A DNA stretch of 24,002 nt from Candidatus Baldrarchaeum yapensis (GCA_016840465.1 JAEOSH010000031.1:1-24002), one strand, 5' to 3'; positions 1 through 10,111 are shown, numbered from the stretch's first letter. A program made the numbers and translations. Notes: a model not told the origin generated them from the letters alone.

Positions 1-1507
1 GGTCCCAGGGGAGGGGGGAATCGGGGTCCCGTGGCCGATCGGTATACTCAGATAAATCGATCCCCGTAATCTTCTGCCCAGACCTCCAATCAACATCCCT
101 CGTCGCGATCAATTCGAGCAACTTTCCGAGCCTTCTATCCCCCAATGACAAGGCGGCCTGTATTTTTGCCCACCGCGGGTCCACAAACTCAAAATTCCTT
201 ATCCCCACAAGCGAAAGTTCCCTCCTCAGTCTTTCAATTCTCCTCCTCAACTCCCTCAGTGGCATCTGTGGCATCCACTGAAAGGGTGTATGAGGCTTGG
301 GAATAAAGGGGGTCACGCTTACCCGAACGGCATCGGGTGGAAATCCCAACTTCTTTACCTTTTCAACCAACTTCGCTATCTCAACAATATCGTCCATCGT
401 TTCGCTGGGAAGGCCTACCATAAAGTACAACTTTACATTTTTGATGCCGCACACTCTCGCAACTGAGCACGCCTGTAATATCTGCTCCTCGGTGAACGGC
501 TTATTTATGAACTCTCTCAATCTATAGGTGCCCGCCTCGGGCGCGAAAGTAACGGTTCTCTGGCCCCCCTCAGAAAGAGCCAAGGCGATGTCCTCATCGA
601 AGGAGTCGACCCTGAGTGAGGGCACGGATAGTCCATAACCTCTATTCACAACTTCCCAGCAGATGTCCTTGAAATTACGGTGATCGAAGACGGCAGCACC
701 TATCAGAACCACGTTTCTCACTCCCGTCGCATCAATTCCGACCTCAATAAGTTCCCTTATGCGACCAAGGCTGCGAGTCCTGAATGGCCTGTTCTGAAAC
801 CCTATGAGGCAGAACCGGCAACCCCGCACGCAACCCCTTGAAACTTCAAGCAGAAAGGATTTCCCAAATATCGGGCAGAACTTGCTATCCTCCTCAACCT
901 GCGGAATTATTTGCGCTACCGGGTACGGGTAATCATCTAGGTTCGTCGCAATTCTCCTTCTAATAACACCGGAAGAGAACTTTGGAACGTAAAAACCCTC
1001 CATTTCGGAAAGTTCCCTCAGAGCATCCTCCTTATGGTAATAGGTGCATGCATTCAGTAGATCGTCAAGCAGGATCTCCGCATCCCCGATCGCAAAGACG
1101 TCCACAAACTCCGCAATTGGTTCCGGATTCTCCCAAACGCATGGTCCTCCGGCGGCAATTATAGGGTCATTTTCTCCCCTCTCCTCAGATTTTAATGGAA
1201 TGCCTGACGACCTCAAGATCCTGAGCATGTTGATGTAATCGGTTTCGTATTGGAGCGAAAATGCGACTAGATCGAAGTTCTTCAGAGATTGGTGCGACTC
1301 CAGAGAATTTACAATTAGCGGTTCCGTATATGGCAGAAAGGCGCGCTCGCACAACACATCGTTCCTCATATTTGCAAGGGAGTATACGATGTGCACCGCA
1401 AGAGAGGTCATGCCAACGCGGTACACATTGGGGTACACTATGGCCATCTTAAACGGAACCTTCAACCAATTCTTACGCACAACGTTTATCTCTAAGATCC
1501 GACTCAT
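1..1507 (-). CDS. Radical SAM protein (YgiQ/UPF0313- or TIGR03960-like), truncated by the left window edge
   Basis: Missing from the ORF track because no stop lies in the window. My minus-strand translation from ATG 1507 is open to position 2: MSRILEINVVRKNWLKVPFKMAIVYPNVYRVGMTSL... EVSRGCVRGCRFC (CxxxCxxC) ... PEAGTYRLR ... KLYFMVGLPSET ... FIPKPHTPFQW. Confidence 0.9.
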   Translation of the reverse strand, partial: MSRILEINVVRKNWLKVPFKMAIVYPNVYRVGMTSLAVHIVYSLANMRNDVLCERAFLPYTEPLIVNSLESHQSLKNFDLVAFSLQYETDYINMLRILRSSGIPLKSEERGENDPIIAAGGPCVWENPEPIAEFVDVFAIGDAEILLDDLLNACTYYHKEDALRELSEMEGFYVPKFSSGVIRRRIATNLDDYPYPVAQIIPQVEEDSKFCPIFGKSFLLEVSRGCVRGCRFCLIGFQNRPFRTRSLGRIRELIEVGIDATGVRNVVLIGAAVFDHRNFKDICWEVVNRGYGLSVPSLRVDSFDEDIALALSEGGQRTVTFAPEAGTYRLREFINKPFTEEQILQACSVARVCGIKNVKLYFMVGLPSETMDDIVEIAKLVEKVKKLGFPPDAVRVSVTPFIPKPHTPFQWMPQMPLRELRRRIERLRRELSLVGIRNFEFVDPRWAKIQAALSLGDRRLGKLLELIATRDVDWRSGQKITGIDLSEYTDRPRDPDSPLPWD

Positions 1508-1516
1508 CCGCCCCAC

Positions 1517-1933
1517 CTACAGGAGCCCCGCTGCCCTCAATATGACGACCGTATCGGGATGCATCTCATCAACTCGGCTTCTGATTTCCTCAGATGTGAA
1601 CCACCGCGCATCCGACAACTCCGAACTCGGAGACACAACTCCCCCAATCACCCTCGCAGTAAACACTATGTAAATTACGTGGAGTGTAACCCTATCTCCC
1701 TCCCTGACGATTCTGTCAAATGTTATCAGGTGGCGAAGAATGCGCACACTGAGCCCCGTCTCCTCCAAAACCTCGCGCCTCGCGCACTCCTCCAGTTTCT
1801 CGCCGAAATGGAGCCTGCCACCCGGCAGTATCCACTTTCCCTTCCAAAAACTTTCATAGCTGTGTTTTACAAGCAAAACCCTACCCTCGTCGTCGAAAAT
1901 CAACGCACCCACACCTATGAAAATATCACCCAA
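1517..1933 (-). CDS. NUDIX hydrolase
   Basis: Nudix box GGRLHFGEKLEECARREVLEETGL; TTG start overlaps the upstream stop. Confidence 0.9.
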   Translation of the reverse strand: MGDIFIGVGALIFDDEGRVLLVKHSYESFWKGKWILPGGRLHFGEKLEECARREVLEETGLSVRILRHLITFDRIVREGDRVTLHVIYIVFTARVIGGVVSPSSELSDARWFTSEEIRSRVDEMHPDTVVILRAAGLL

Positions 1934-3158
1934 CTTTATCCCCCTTGACCTTGGATAGCAGCCCCAGCACGGCGCCGGTGATCATTGTCTTTGCATATTT
2001 GCTTATGCACATGTTCTCCTCATATAGACGTTCATTGTACTCGTCCTCGGGCACGAAGTAGCCGAGCATGTCGTTCACCGGACAGACAACAATGCAATTT
2101 CCTTGGACTTTTGATTTTAACTCAAGTCCCGTCCTCGCGAAAATCTCCCCGGGAAGCATGATTGCCAGGACGCCGCTCAGATCAACTATCGAAACCTCCG
2201 TTTCCACGCCCAAAAAATTCCTTACTCTGACGGTAAATCGCCTGACAACCCCCTCTGTGAACATTTGCTTCAGGTTGGGGTTCCCTAGCGGTATCTTAAG
2301 CGACCCCGAATACACTCTTAGCCGTCCCTCCTCCAGTGATGTCTTAGAACCGAGAATATTGACCACGCACTCCGCAAGTCTCTCACCATACTCATGAGCA
2401 ATACCGTAGATGGCCGCCCTCTCGCCCTCTCGCTGTACAAGGGGCTCAACATCCCCCTGTGCGCCATTTAGGAATATGGAAACACCTCCCAACTCCTCCT
2501 CAACTTTATTACATAGAAATCCGGGAAAATCGGCAGATATTTTTGTTCCGGCGTCCGTAATTGTGGGATGTGATGCGAAATTTATCACGGTTGCTATATT
2601 TTCGTCATCACTGGAAAACTGCAACACGGTGAGAGAGTTATCGACCGCCCCGCCCTTTCTTCTCCTGTTTACAGTCATGTTCTCAACCCTTCCGACCGCC
2701 ACATACCCCTGCGCCTCCTTCATGTTTTTTAGCGCGTCCAAAACGCTCTCAATGATTTTCTCTCTCAGCATGCCGATGTACTTCATCCGAATATAGGAAT
2801 CAAAGGTTCCACCGAAGAACCCAATAATATCGGGAGCAGAGTGTGTATGCGTTGCACAAATGAATATATGGTCCTCAGGAATGCCAAACATGTCGTTTAT
2901 TTGACTTTTTAGCATTCTGACATCATCATATGGGATTCCCCACAGATCTACCGACGTTATGACCACCGTGTCCACGTTATTGCTTATTACAACTGTGCGC
3001 GCCCAAAGGTCATCATTTACCCCGGTGCTGTACCTTCTGAACCCCGTTCCCGCGAGGGGGACATCCTGCTCAGGGGTTATTTTCACACGTGATGCTCCGA
3101 CTAGGAGGGTGGGCTTCGAATCCTTATCCATTTTTACCACGTCCCATGGAGTTACCAC
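1926..3158 (-). CDS. Neutral/alkaline ceramidase-like metallo-amidohydrolase
   Basis: ITP...DDLWARTVV, CATHTHSAP, NFASHPT, ISADFPG, FLNGAQGDV and LPGE motifs typical of the ceramidase N-terminal family. Start uncertain (MDKDSK possible). Confidence 0.75.
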   Translation of the reverse strand: MVTPWDVVKMDKDSKPTLLVGASRVKITPEQDVPLAGTGFRRYSTGVNDDLWARTVVISNNVDTVVITSVDLWGIPYDDVRMLKSQINDMFGIPEDHIFICATHTHSAPDIIGFFGGTFDSYIRMKYIGMLREKIIESVLDALKNMKEAQGYVAVGRVENMTVNRRRKGGAVDNSLTVLQFSSDDENIATVINFASHPTITDAGTKISADFPGFLCNKVEEELGGVSIFLNGAQGDVEPLVQREGERAAIYGIAHEYGERLAECVVNILGSKTSLEEGRLRVYSGSLKIPLGNPNLKQMFTEGVVRRFTVRVRNFLGVETEVSIVDLSGVLAIMLPGEIFARTGLELKSKVQGNCIVVCPVNDMLGYFVPEDEYNERLYEENMCISKYAKTMITGAVLGLLSKVKGDKVG

Positions 3159-3222
3159 AGCGCATTCTCACCTTCGGAGGCAAAATATTTTTTGGAACCT
3201 GAAGCCTTAGTGCCAAGCGGTA

Positions 3223-4053
3223 GTGGTGGCACCAATGGATCTGCTTACGTATATACTCCTAGGTCTAATTCAAGGGTTTCTCGAGTGGATACCGGTAAGT
3301 AGCGAGGCCTTCCTCTTCCTATTCCTTGTGGTGCTCGGAGAGGAGCCCCTCTCAGCCCTCCTCCTCTCAATAGCAATACACCTATCTTCCGCACTCGCTG
3401 CAATCACATATTACTTCAAGGACTATCATTCCATGGCAAGATCGGTGCTTCGCAGGCACAGAAATTCTTCCAAAAGGATGCTTTCATTTATACTCGTCGC
3501 AACACTGTTCTCTGCGATTTCCGCCGTGCCTCTCTTCCTGCTATTATGCAAGTTCTTCGGCGAAATGAGAGTTTCGGCACTCATCGCACTCGGAATGGTT
3601 GGTTGCGCAATGATAGCTACAGGGGGCTTCATGAGAAGTTTCAAGAGACCTCCGGCACTGCGCGGATATGACGAGATAAACGTATTAGACAGCATAATAT
3701 TTGGTCTGATTCAGGGGCTGTCGGTGATCCCAGGGGTCAGCAGATCCGGGGTAACGATAACAGCGATGCTCGCAAGGAAATTTGACAAAGAAGTTGCCGT
3801 AAAGGTGTCATTCCTGTGTGCCCCGCCGATCATAATATGTGCGGTAAGCTTCGAGGCGTTAATGGCGTCGGCGGGCACGCTTTTTGCGACAGAAATCGAC
3901 ATGGGTGGGCTGGTCACTGCATGTATGACGGCGTATGTGGCCTCACTAATAGGCATAAAATTTATAACGAAACTCGCCGAGAGGCTCGATTTTTCACTTT
4001 TCTTGATATGCATGGGATTGTTTCTGCTGCTGAATGTGTTGTTGCTCATTTAA
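3223..4053 (+). CDS. uppP: Undecaprenyl-diphosphate phosphatase (BacA/UppP family)
   Basis: GLIQGFLEWIPVSSEA and QGLSVIPGVSRSGVT signature motifs; multi-pass hydrophobic protein. Confidence 0.9.
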   Translation: MVAPMDLLTYILLGLIQGFLEWIPVSSEAFLFLFLVVLGEEPLSALLLSIAIHLSSALAAITYYFKDYHSMARSVLRRHRNSSKRMLSFILVATLFSAISAVPLFLLLCKFFGEMRVSALIALGMVGCAMIATGGFMRSFKRPPALRGYDEINVLDSIIFGLIQGLSVIPGVSRSGVTITAMLARKFDKEVAVKVSFLCAPPIIICAVSFEALMASAGTLFATEIDMGGLVTACMTAYVASLIGIKFITKLAERLDFSLFLICMGLFLLLNVLLLI

Positions 4054-4354
4054 CGGTTTAAAACGAAATATTAGGCCGAAGTTTACGAGAGAAGGCGCCT
4101 CACGTGAGAACATCAATTACCGGAGAGGAAAATTTTTATTGTAATAACCACCCTCCATAACACTACTACCACGGCACGGCCGGCTGATAGAAAAATGCAC
4201 TCCTTCATAATAATACGGACAAAAATTTCGAAAAAAGAAAAGAAGCGGTGGTAAATCGCCAAGTTTAGGGGATGATTTACAATGATCTATTTCTTGAGGC
4301 GTTTCGCGCGCCTCGCGCTCTTTTTGGTAGAAGCTATCGAGTGAGGGAGAGAAT

Positions 4355-5350
4355 ATGAAGAAGATAGAACTTTATCTCACAAAGGACAGTTTTGAGAGGG
4401 CAAAGAATCTCCTAGAGTTGTGGGGCATCCGCTTCTACTACCAGAGAATGGCATCGGGAGAGAACGTCGTCTACCGCATCGATATGTTAATACCCGACGA
4501 AAAGGTCGATGACATAATTCACAAACTCAAGTCCTACATGGACTTCAGGTATCTAAAGGACATGCTCATAATAACGGACATTGAGGCAATGGTCGCGAAG
4601 GGGGCCAAAAAGGCCGACATGACGAAGAATATGAGGGTACGGACTCCCCTCGAGAAACTCCTACTGATCGCAGACAAGTACACCGCACTCGACAAAATGA
4701 AAGTTGTTCTCGTCGCACTTGCAGGACTAGTTTCACTGGTAGGGTTGCTTCTGAATAACATCACGATAATAATAGGAGCCATGCTCTTAGCCCCGATCCT
4801 AGGGCCAATATATAGCTTCTCGATAAACTCCGTCCTCGGAAAGACGAAGAACTCAATAATGGCTCTACTATCTCTGTTCGCGTACATAGGAGTCGTGATG
4901 TTAGCATCGTTTTTAATGACATTCGTCTTCGTATCTCTGAAACACGAAGTTCCGCTCACGGAGGAGATAATTGTAAGAACAAAACCGAATCTCATTTATG
5001 TACTGATGGCCGCAATGCTGGGCTTTGCAGCAATACTAGCAATAGTCTGGGGAGTCCCCGAAATGCTGGTCGGAGTTGCAATAGCGGCGGCAATCTTACC
5101 TTCTGCGGCCGTTGCAGGAATATCCCTCGGTATACTAAACCCTATCATGTTCCTAGGATCGCTGATATTAACGCTGGAGAACGTATTTGGCCTCCTTATA
5201 GGCGCACTGGTCGCGCCGCTTGTCCTGAAGATCGCACCGAAGGAATACACGGAAAAAGAGATTGCAAAAATGCACACAGCACGAATGATAGTGTTGCTAA
5301 TGCTCATGACAATCAGCGTCATAGTAATAGACCTGGTCTTTCACATATAG
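4355..5350 (+). CDS. TIGR00341/DUF389 family membrane protein with soluble N-terminal domain
   Basis: IIIGAMLLAPILGP and LVGVAIAAAILP motifs; GGGAG SD upstream of the ATG. Confidence 0.85.
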   Translation: MKKIELYLTKDSFERAKNLLELWGIRFYYQRMASGENVVYRIDMLIPDEKVDDIIHKLKSYMDFRYLKDMLIITDIEAMVAKGAKKADMTKNMRVRTPLEKLLLIADKYTALDKMKVVLVALAGLVSLVGLLLNNITIIIGAMLLAPILGPIYSFSINSVLGKTKNSIMALLSLFAYIGVVMLASFLMTFVFVSLKHEVPLTEEIIVRTKPNLIYVLMAAMLGFAAILAIVWGVPEMLVGVAIAAAILPSAAVAGISLGILNPIMFLGSLILTLENVFGLLIGALVAPLVLKIAPKEYTEKEIAKMHTARMIVLLMLMTISVIVIDLVFHI

Positions 5351-5365
5351 TGCAGCTGCGAAAAA

Positions 5366-6457
5366 TCATTGAACGATGCGCGGAACTTTTTCCCACTCCT
5401 CCTCAAGTACCATCGTGCATCCAGCATCTATGTGGCGGACCCAGTATATTCCGGGCGGCAAGATGTTATACTTAGGAAGCGGTGGTATTTTCTCCCCGTA
5501 GGCAAGCTTAACATAAATGTACGGGAGGTTCCCGATCCATCCCTTCCCGAGCTTTTTGGTCGCATATGTGAAGAAGTAGCTAGTGGTGAAGAAGCGCCCT
5601 GCATTTATTTCGGTAGGACAGGGTTCTCCGTCTTTATTCTCCTTCAAATCAACACAAAATATCCCGTTTGGTTCCGGGTCTATCGCAAGTATGGCCTCGG
5701 TTGCGACCTCATTAACCATGTCGTCGTGGATTGTGCGCTGGACGGCTGGAGTCCCAGTTATCCCGCTGGGAGCGAGGTGTGGATATATGTACTCCAGCCT
5801 CTCTCTAGCTTGTGAGACAACAAGCTCCCCGTCCTTCCAAACACTATGAAATGCAAGATTTCTCCCTGGGAGGTACTCCTGCGCTATGAACTCCCAGTCG
5901 ACACCTCGCGAATACCAGTACATTATCCAGTGGTAGGCGGTTTCAAAATTCCGAGCCAGGGTGCTCCCGCGTCCCCCGGCGCCGCGGGTGGCTCTGATCC
6001 ATATGGGAGAGCCTAGCTCCTCGAATGCCTTTCGAATGTCCTCCTCCAGATGGTCACGCCTGATTTTAATCGTTTTCGCAACCGGAATTCCCTTCTTATC
6101 CCATATCCTGGCACTCTCAAACTTATCCTGACAGATCCTTATTGTCCTCCTGCTTGGCAGAAAGATGATCGCATTTATCTTCTCCCTGTTCTCCGAAATC
6201 GCAAGAACTTCGACGTCCGGTTGCGGGTGCACGAATTCTATCTTCTCCCGCTCGATTATCTCGTTAAGCGCATCCACGTAGGCCGGATCTGTACAGCGCG
6301 GCACCAAATACATCTTGTCCACATGCCTGTTCAACTTAGTGTGCCATAGGCTTGCATCCGTCCCCACAATGTAAAACTTCTCGGGCGCATCCCTCAATGA
6401 CAGCACAAAATTGACACCTGCGGGACCCCCACACCCCGTCACCATTACACGCTTCAT
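5366..6457 (-). CDS. ATP-grasp domain protein (CPS-like)
   Basis: MKRVMVTGCGGPAG start (ATG 6457 behind GGAGTGTGA), ICQDK, QEYLPG, CVDLKE and TEINAGRF motifs. The track's 6523 start overlaps ncsA and is unlikely. Confidence 0.8.
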   Translation of the reverse strand: MKRVMVTGCGGPAGVNFVLSLRDAPEKFYIVGTDASLWHTKLNRHVDKMYLVPRCTDPAYVDALNEIIEREKIEFVHPQPDVEVLAISENREKINAIIFLPSRRTIRICQDKFESARIWDKKGIPVAKTIKIRRDHLEEDIRKAFEELGSPIWIRATRGAGGRGSTLARNFETAYHWIMYWYSRGVDWEFIAQEYLPGRNLAFHSVWKDGELVVSQARERLEYIYPHLAPSGITGTPAVQRTIHDDMVNEVATEAILAIDPEPNGIFCVDLKENKDGEPCPTEINAGRFFTTSYFFTYATKKLGKGWIGNLPYIYVKLAYGEKIPPLPKYNILPPGIYWVRHIDAGCTMVLEEEWEKVPRIVQ

Positions 6458-6486
6458 ACAATCACACTCCCCTAAAATTCGTAGAC

Positions 6487-7446
6487 TTAACTTAAAACTC
6501 CCATTCTTCGGAGAAGTTCGCAAGCCTTACATATGCTTCCGGAGGAGGGCTCGCCGCAGATCTCACACTCCCTCACCGGCTGCTCACCCGGCTCCCAACC
6601 GAGGGAATCCGCCATCCTTAGGAGCCGGTCGTGGAACCTCAGAATGGAGTACTTCACGGAGGGGATCCTCCTCTCCAAATCGTTAAGTATCCTTCTCACC
6701 TCCCCCCTGAGAACATCCCCTCTGTAGGGGCATGGCTCCGGGTAGTACTCTATTCCCCTTAGCTGCGCATAGAGTATTATCTCCCTCGATGAAATCTCAC
6801 AGAGAGGCTTGACCCTTGGCACGAACTTCTCGTGAGTCTTCTCCTGAACCCTCTTAACCCTGAACAACCTTTCAAAATCCCCCTTTATCACATTCATGAA
6901 TATCGTCTCTACCTCATCATCCAGGTTATGTGCGGTTGCCAATTTGTCGGCGCCCAACTCTCTCGCGGTGACGTTCAGCGCCTTTCTCCTGAGAACTCCG
7001 CACACCGTGCACGGCCTCACCCCTATTTTTCGGCAGAGATCCACAACTTCATCCAGCGAAATTCCGAACATCTCTTTGAAAGAAACCATCACGTGCTCGA
7101 CTCCCAGTTTTTTCGATAGTCTTGTCGCGAATTTTATGCACACATCGCGGTATCCGCTAATTCCCTCATCGACCGTGATCGCGATGACTTCCGACTTGGG
7201 GAAGTTCTGCTCTATCTTGTTCAACACGTATAGAAGAACATTACTATCCTTTCCGCCCGAAACCGCAACTGCTATTCGATCATCCTCCCTGAACATGTCA
7301 TATTTCGAAATGGTGCGCTGAACTCTTCTCTCAAATCCCTTGATAAAGCAGGGACCGCACAGCGAAATCCCCGAAACCCTATCGGTAAATACAGCACTGC
7401 GTCTCTTACAGACACTGCAGACGCTATCACTCATACCTATCTTCAT
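6487..7446 (-). CDS. ncsA: tRNA 2-thiouridine synthetase, NcsA/TtuA/Ctu1 (TIGR00269) family
   Basis: N-terminal CxxC...CxxC, PP-loop SGGKDS, PCTVCGVLRR, TAHNLDDE and C-terminal CEICG...CKAC. Confidence 0.9.
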   Translation of the reverse strand: MKIGMSDSVCSVCKRRSAVFTDRVSGISLCGPCFIKGFERRVQRTISKYDMFREDDRIAVAVSGGKDSNVLLYVLNKIEQNFPKSEVIAITVDEGISGYRDVCIKFATRLSKKLGVEHVMVSFKEMFGISLDEVVDLCRKIGVRPCTVCGVLRRKALNVTARELGADKLATAHNLDDEVETIFMNVIKGDFERLFRVKRVQEKTHEKFVPRVKPLCEISSREIILYAQLRGIEYYPEPCPYRGDVLRGEVRRILNDLERRIPSVKYSILRFHDRLLRMADSLGWEPGEQPVRECEICGEPSSGSICKACELLRRMGVLS

Positions 7447-7489
7447 CGAACATCACTCGTATGTTCAATGGCGGGCCACACATAGAAAC

Positions 7490-8319
7490 TTATGCCATCC
7501 GGAAATGTTGCTGCTGTTCGTATACAATCGGCTGTTCCACGACAACGTGCACCGTCGCGTACGGAACTCCCATCTTCACAAGGTACGAGTGGACCCTCCT
7601 CGCAAACCTCGCGTTGAAAAACTTGAGATGCACCACCGTCGTCAGATATATCGGAACCCGCCAAGGAGCAATGTATTCACCACGAAGAAAATCGCCTCCT
7701 CCACCGAAAACCTCGTGAACAGCATGACCAGTAGCCCCAAAAGCACACCCATGCTCGCAAACCCGCGCATGTAGATCAGCAGATGATCCCCGACACTTAT
7801 GATCTTATTCCTACTCTTGTCATAAATGTACCAGCCGCTGTCAATCAGCGCCCATATCACCGGAACGATTGCAACAAAAACCGGAGCAAGCACGATTATT
7901 ATCATAAGTATCGGAACTTCCACAATCTTGAATAAATTCTTGATAATACCTGCCTCCACCATCCTGCTCAGTATGGTGTTCAAAATGCCGAAAAGAAACA
8001 ACATCGGAATAACCGACCGCGTAACTCCCTCCCTGAAAATCGCATTCATCCAGCTATACTCCTTCACCTGCTGCTTGAGCAAAAACGAGCCACCGGTATC
8101 CGCAAGATTAACAGATGGACCGGGCACCACAACCCTCAGCAGCTTAAACAGAAATCTGAACCCTTTCTCCGATAAAACAACGGAACACGTCACAAACCAT
8201 ATCAGCACGCCCGACGCGGTCACCAGCACCATGATGAATGGAAGTATCAAAAGGTAAAACACCATCAGCGCCAGTATCGTCAGAAACCGCAAAATCCTGA
8301 GGAGATCCCTTATACCCAC
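7490..8319 (-). pseudogene. Uncharacterised multi-pass membrane protein with an apparent 1-nt frameshift near 7657-7659
   Basis: ORF 8319-7642 ends abruptly (LLLGGFRYI*). One extra G in the GGG run continues it as GGVPIYLTTVVHLKFFNARFARRVHSYLVKMG...RMA* to TAA at 7490. Could be a mutation or a sequencing error. Confidence 0.6.
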
Positions 8320-8580
8320 AAAATCGCCCCTACTTTACATCGAAAAACCATCAAATAAAGTCTTCGAATCGTACGATGAATGTATTACTTTCCTCGAATG
8401 CAGTATAACACGTGATCAACAAAAGTAGAGAAAATTCAGATACTGATGTTTTCGATTTTTGATAAAAATCTTGTGTGCCAAAAGTGGGCCCCAATCGGTA
8501 TTATATAGAGGGATCCCGGCAACAAATCAAGTAGTTTAAGAACAAGAGCGAAAACAAAAATATTACCCATTTATCGAGGT

Positions 8581-9063
8581 TTGGCGGATGAAATCCTTAT
8601 TGGTTGTAGAACAAGGTGTCGTAAAAAGATATTTGTCGTCATAACAGTGGAGGAGGGGAAATATTCCCAGTTGTACTCAAAAATACGCGAATGGATAAAG
8701 CATTTCAGGGAACTGAGTTCTAAAAGGAAAAGCATGTATATGCATGCATTTATTAGGAGATTTAGGAGAATAAAGCATCTAATACACTCCTTAGATGTCC
8801 TTTTCGACTCAAATTCCTTGATGAAAAAGGTAAATGGGTTGGCTGAAAGGTCGATAGTATTGATCGTCGATGACGAATTCTTTCCCATTTTTAAGGGTAA
8901 ATATAGGACAAAATTGGTAATTAGAGAGGGAGATAAGTCTCAGAAGTTCTACCGTCCTTTGATACTTTTAGCCGATAATATCGCAAATATAATTAGGATA
9001 GCCATGGAAAGATCTAAGGACCGCAGAAGGATTGAAAACTTGCTAAGAGAGTTCAAAATATGA
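8581..9063 (+). CDS. Hypothetical protein, weak DUF3800-like (RNase H fold) resemblance
   Basis: 160-aa basic, AT-rich ORF with a hydrophobic N-terminal strand, IVDD and a C-terminal LLADNIAN (cf. QLADLIA). The N-terminal DES motif is absent. Confidence 0.45.
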   Translation: MADEILIGCRTRCRKKIFVVITVEEGKYSQLYSKIREWIKHFRELSSKRKSMYMHAFIRRFRRIKHLIHSLDVLFDSNSLMKKVNGLAERSIVLIVDDEFFPIFKGKYRTKLVIREGDKSQKFYRPLILLADNIANIIRIAMERSKDRRRIENLLREFKI

Positions 9064-9068
9064 ATGGA

Positions 9069-9216
9069 ATGATGGGTCAGGCCCCCGCTCAGCCCGCACA
9101 TCGGCCCCTTGAATTACCCTCTGTGATGTCGACCACATGTAAAATATCTCTTAACGATATGGCTCTTTACTGTCAGGGTCGCCTCAGCGGGCATCATGCC
9201 TTGGGCCATCATCCCC
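9069..9216 (-). ncRNA. Candidate structured RNA with a box C/D-type kink-turn
   Basis: Minus strand GGGGAUGAUGGCCC...AUGAUGCCCG at the 5' side can pair with CGGGCUGAGCGGGGGCCUGACCC at the 3' side. Strand and boundaries are uncertain. Confidence 0.35.
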
Positions 9217-9464
9217 TCGTATGAGGTAAGGAGGGCATCCTTGATAAACTGATTGCTTGCAGACAATGTAATGCCCGTATGCTTTTAGTACTTCTGAAAC
9301 TCCTTCTCGATTTATATGCGGCCGTCCTGCCAGTGTGCGTTTCACCGCGTGACGAGAAGTGGCGGAAATGAGGGACTAGACGAGAAGTGCCGTTTCCTCG
9401 GAAAGTTTCAGACGTACTATATTAGAATATTGCGTGCCAGAACTGGAGCAAATCTATGTGTATC

Positions 9465-9701
9465 TCATTGTGTCGCTGTAGCAGATATATCACGTGACTT
9501 TGCAAGCATCAAAACGCTTTCTAATTGCCTTAAAAGTCCCCTCTCCGATGCTCTCCATATTTCGATTCCCATAATCTCTCCGTTTTCATCGAGTTCGATT
9601 ATCACATCTTCTCCGGCCTCAATAACCTCCTTTGTCGCCCCATCTTTAAAATGAAGGTATAGTACATCGATTTCAGGATCGTAACTGACGATCATTTTCA
9701 T
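9465..9701 (-). CDS. DUF2283 family protein (putative antitoxin)
   Basis: YDPEIDVLYL...IIELDENGEIMGIEIW family pattern. Confidence 0.85.
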   Translation of the reverse strand: MKMIVSYDPEIDVLYLHFKDGATKEVIEAGEDVIIELDENGEIMGIEIWRASERGLLRQLESVLMLAKSRDISATATQ

Positions 9702-9847
9702 ATACCTCTGCAAAACTCGCCTCCTTATAACTTATCTACTCTCCTCTAGCACCCTATAAACTGTTAGGAAGAGAAACTTAAAGTTTAATTGCGATTTTAA
9801 ATCTGGGACGTGAGGTTCGGTCTCCATTGCAGAGGGGTCACTTAACG

Positions 9848-10021
9848 ATGAGTAAAAGTAATGCGGTAGAGTATGACCCTAAGGCGGACATACTGACGAT
9901 AAATCTAGTAGATGCGCCGCACGTCATAAGGGACGAACTCCTCGACAACGACATCGTCTTAGGCTATGATGAAAAAGAAAGGCTTGTACAGATTCAGATA
10001 CTGGATGCAAGCAAGAGATGA
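9848..10021 (+). CDS. DUF2283 family protein (putative antitoxin)
   Basis: YDPKADILTI...IVLGYDEKERLVQIQILDAS pattern; divergent from the first copy. Confidence 0.75.
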   Translation: MSKSNAVEYDPKADILTINLVDAPHVIRDELLDNDIVLGYDEKERLVQIQILDASKR

Positions 10022-10111
10022 CTCATTGATGTACTGGTAAGACTGACTGAGAAGATGCAAATTTCATAGAAGCCGTATCAAGGGTTTAAAAGATCAGGGA
10101 ATTGATAAACC

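Noticed and set aside
4251-4325. Inverted repeats GTAAATC/GATTTAC and GAGGCG/CGCCTC plus a T-run upstream of the DUF389 gene
   Set aside because: Short stems with no recognisable family; they cannot be distinguished from chance.
7443-7664. 73-aa ORF as a real gene or the true C-terminus of the membrane protein
   Set aside because: Despite the ATGA overlap with ncsA, its composition is implausible; the third frame gives a better continuation.
9241-9249. TTGATAAAC match to the putative guide of the 10112-10292 element
   Set aside because: A 9-nt AT-rich match is expected by chance in 24 kb.
9230-9460. Possible decayed minus-strand ORF (IEKEFQKY*KHTGITL...MMAQGMMP)
   Set aside because: Multiple stops and no recognisable motif. 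Noted only because Met-Met codons could explain the AUGAUG repeats.
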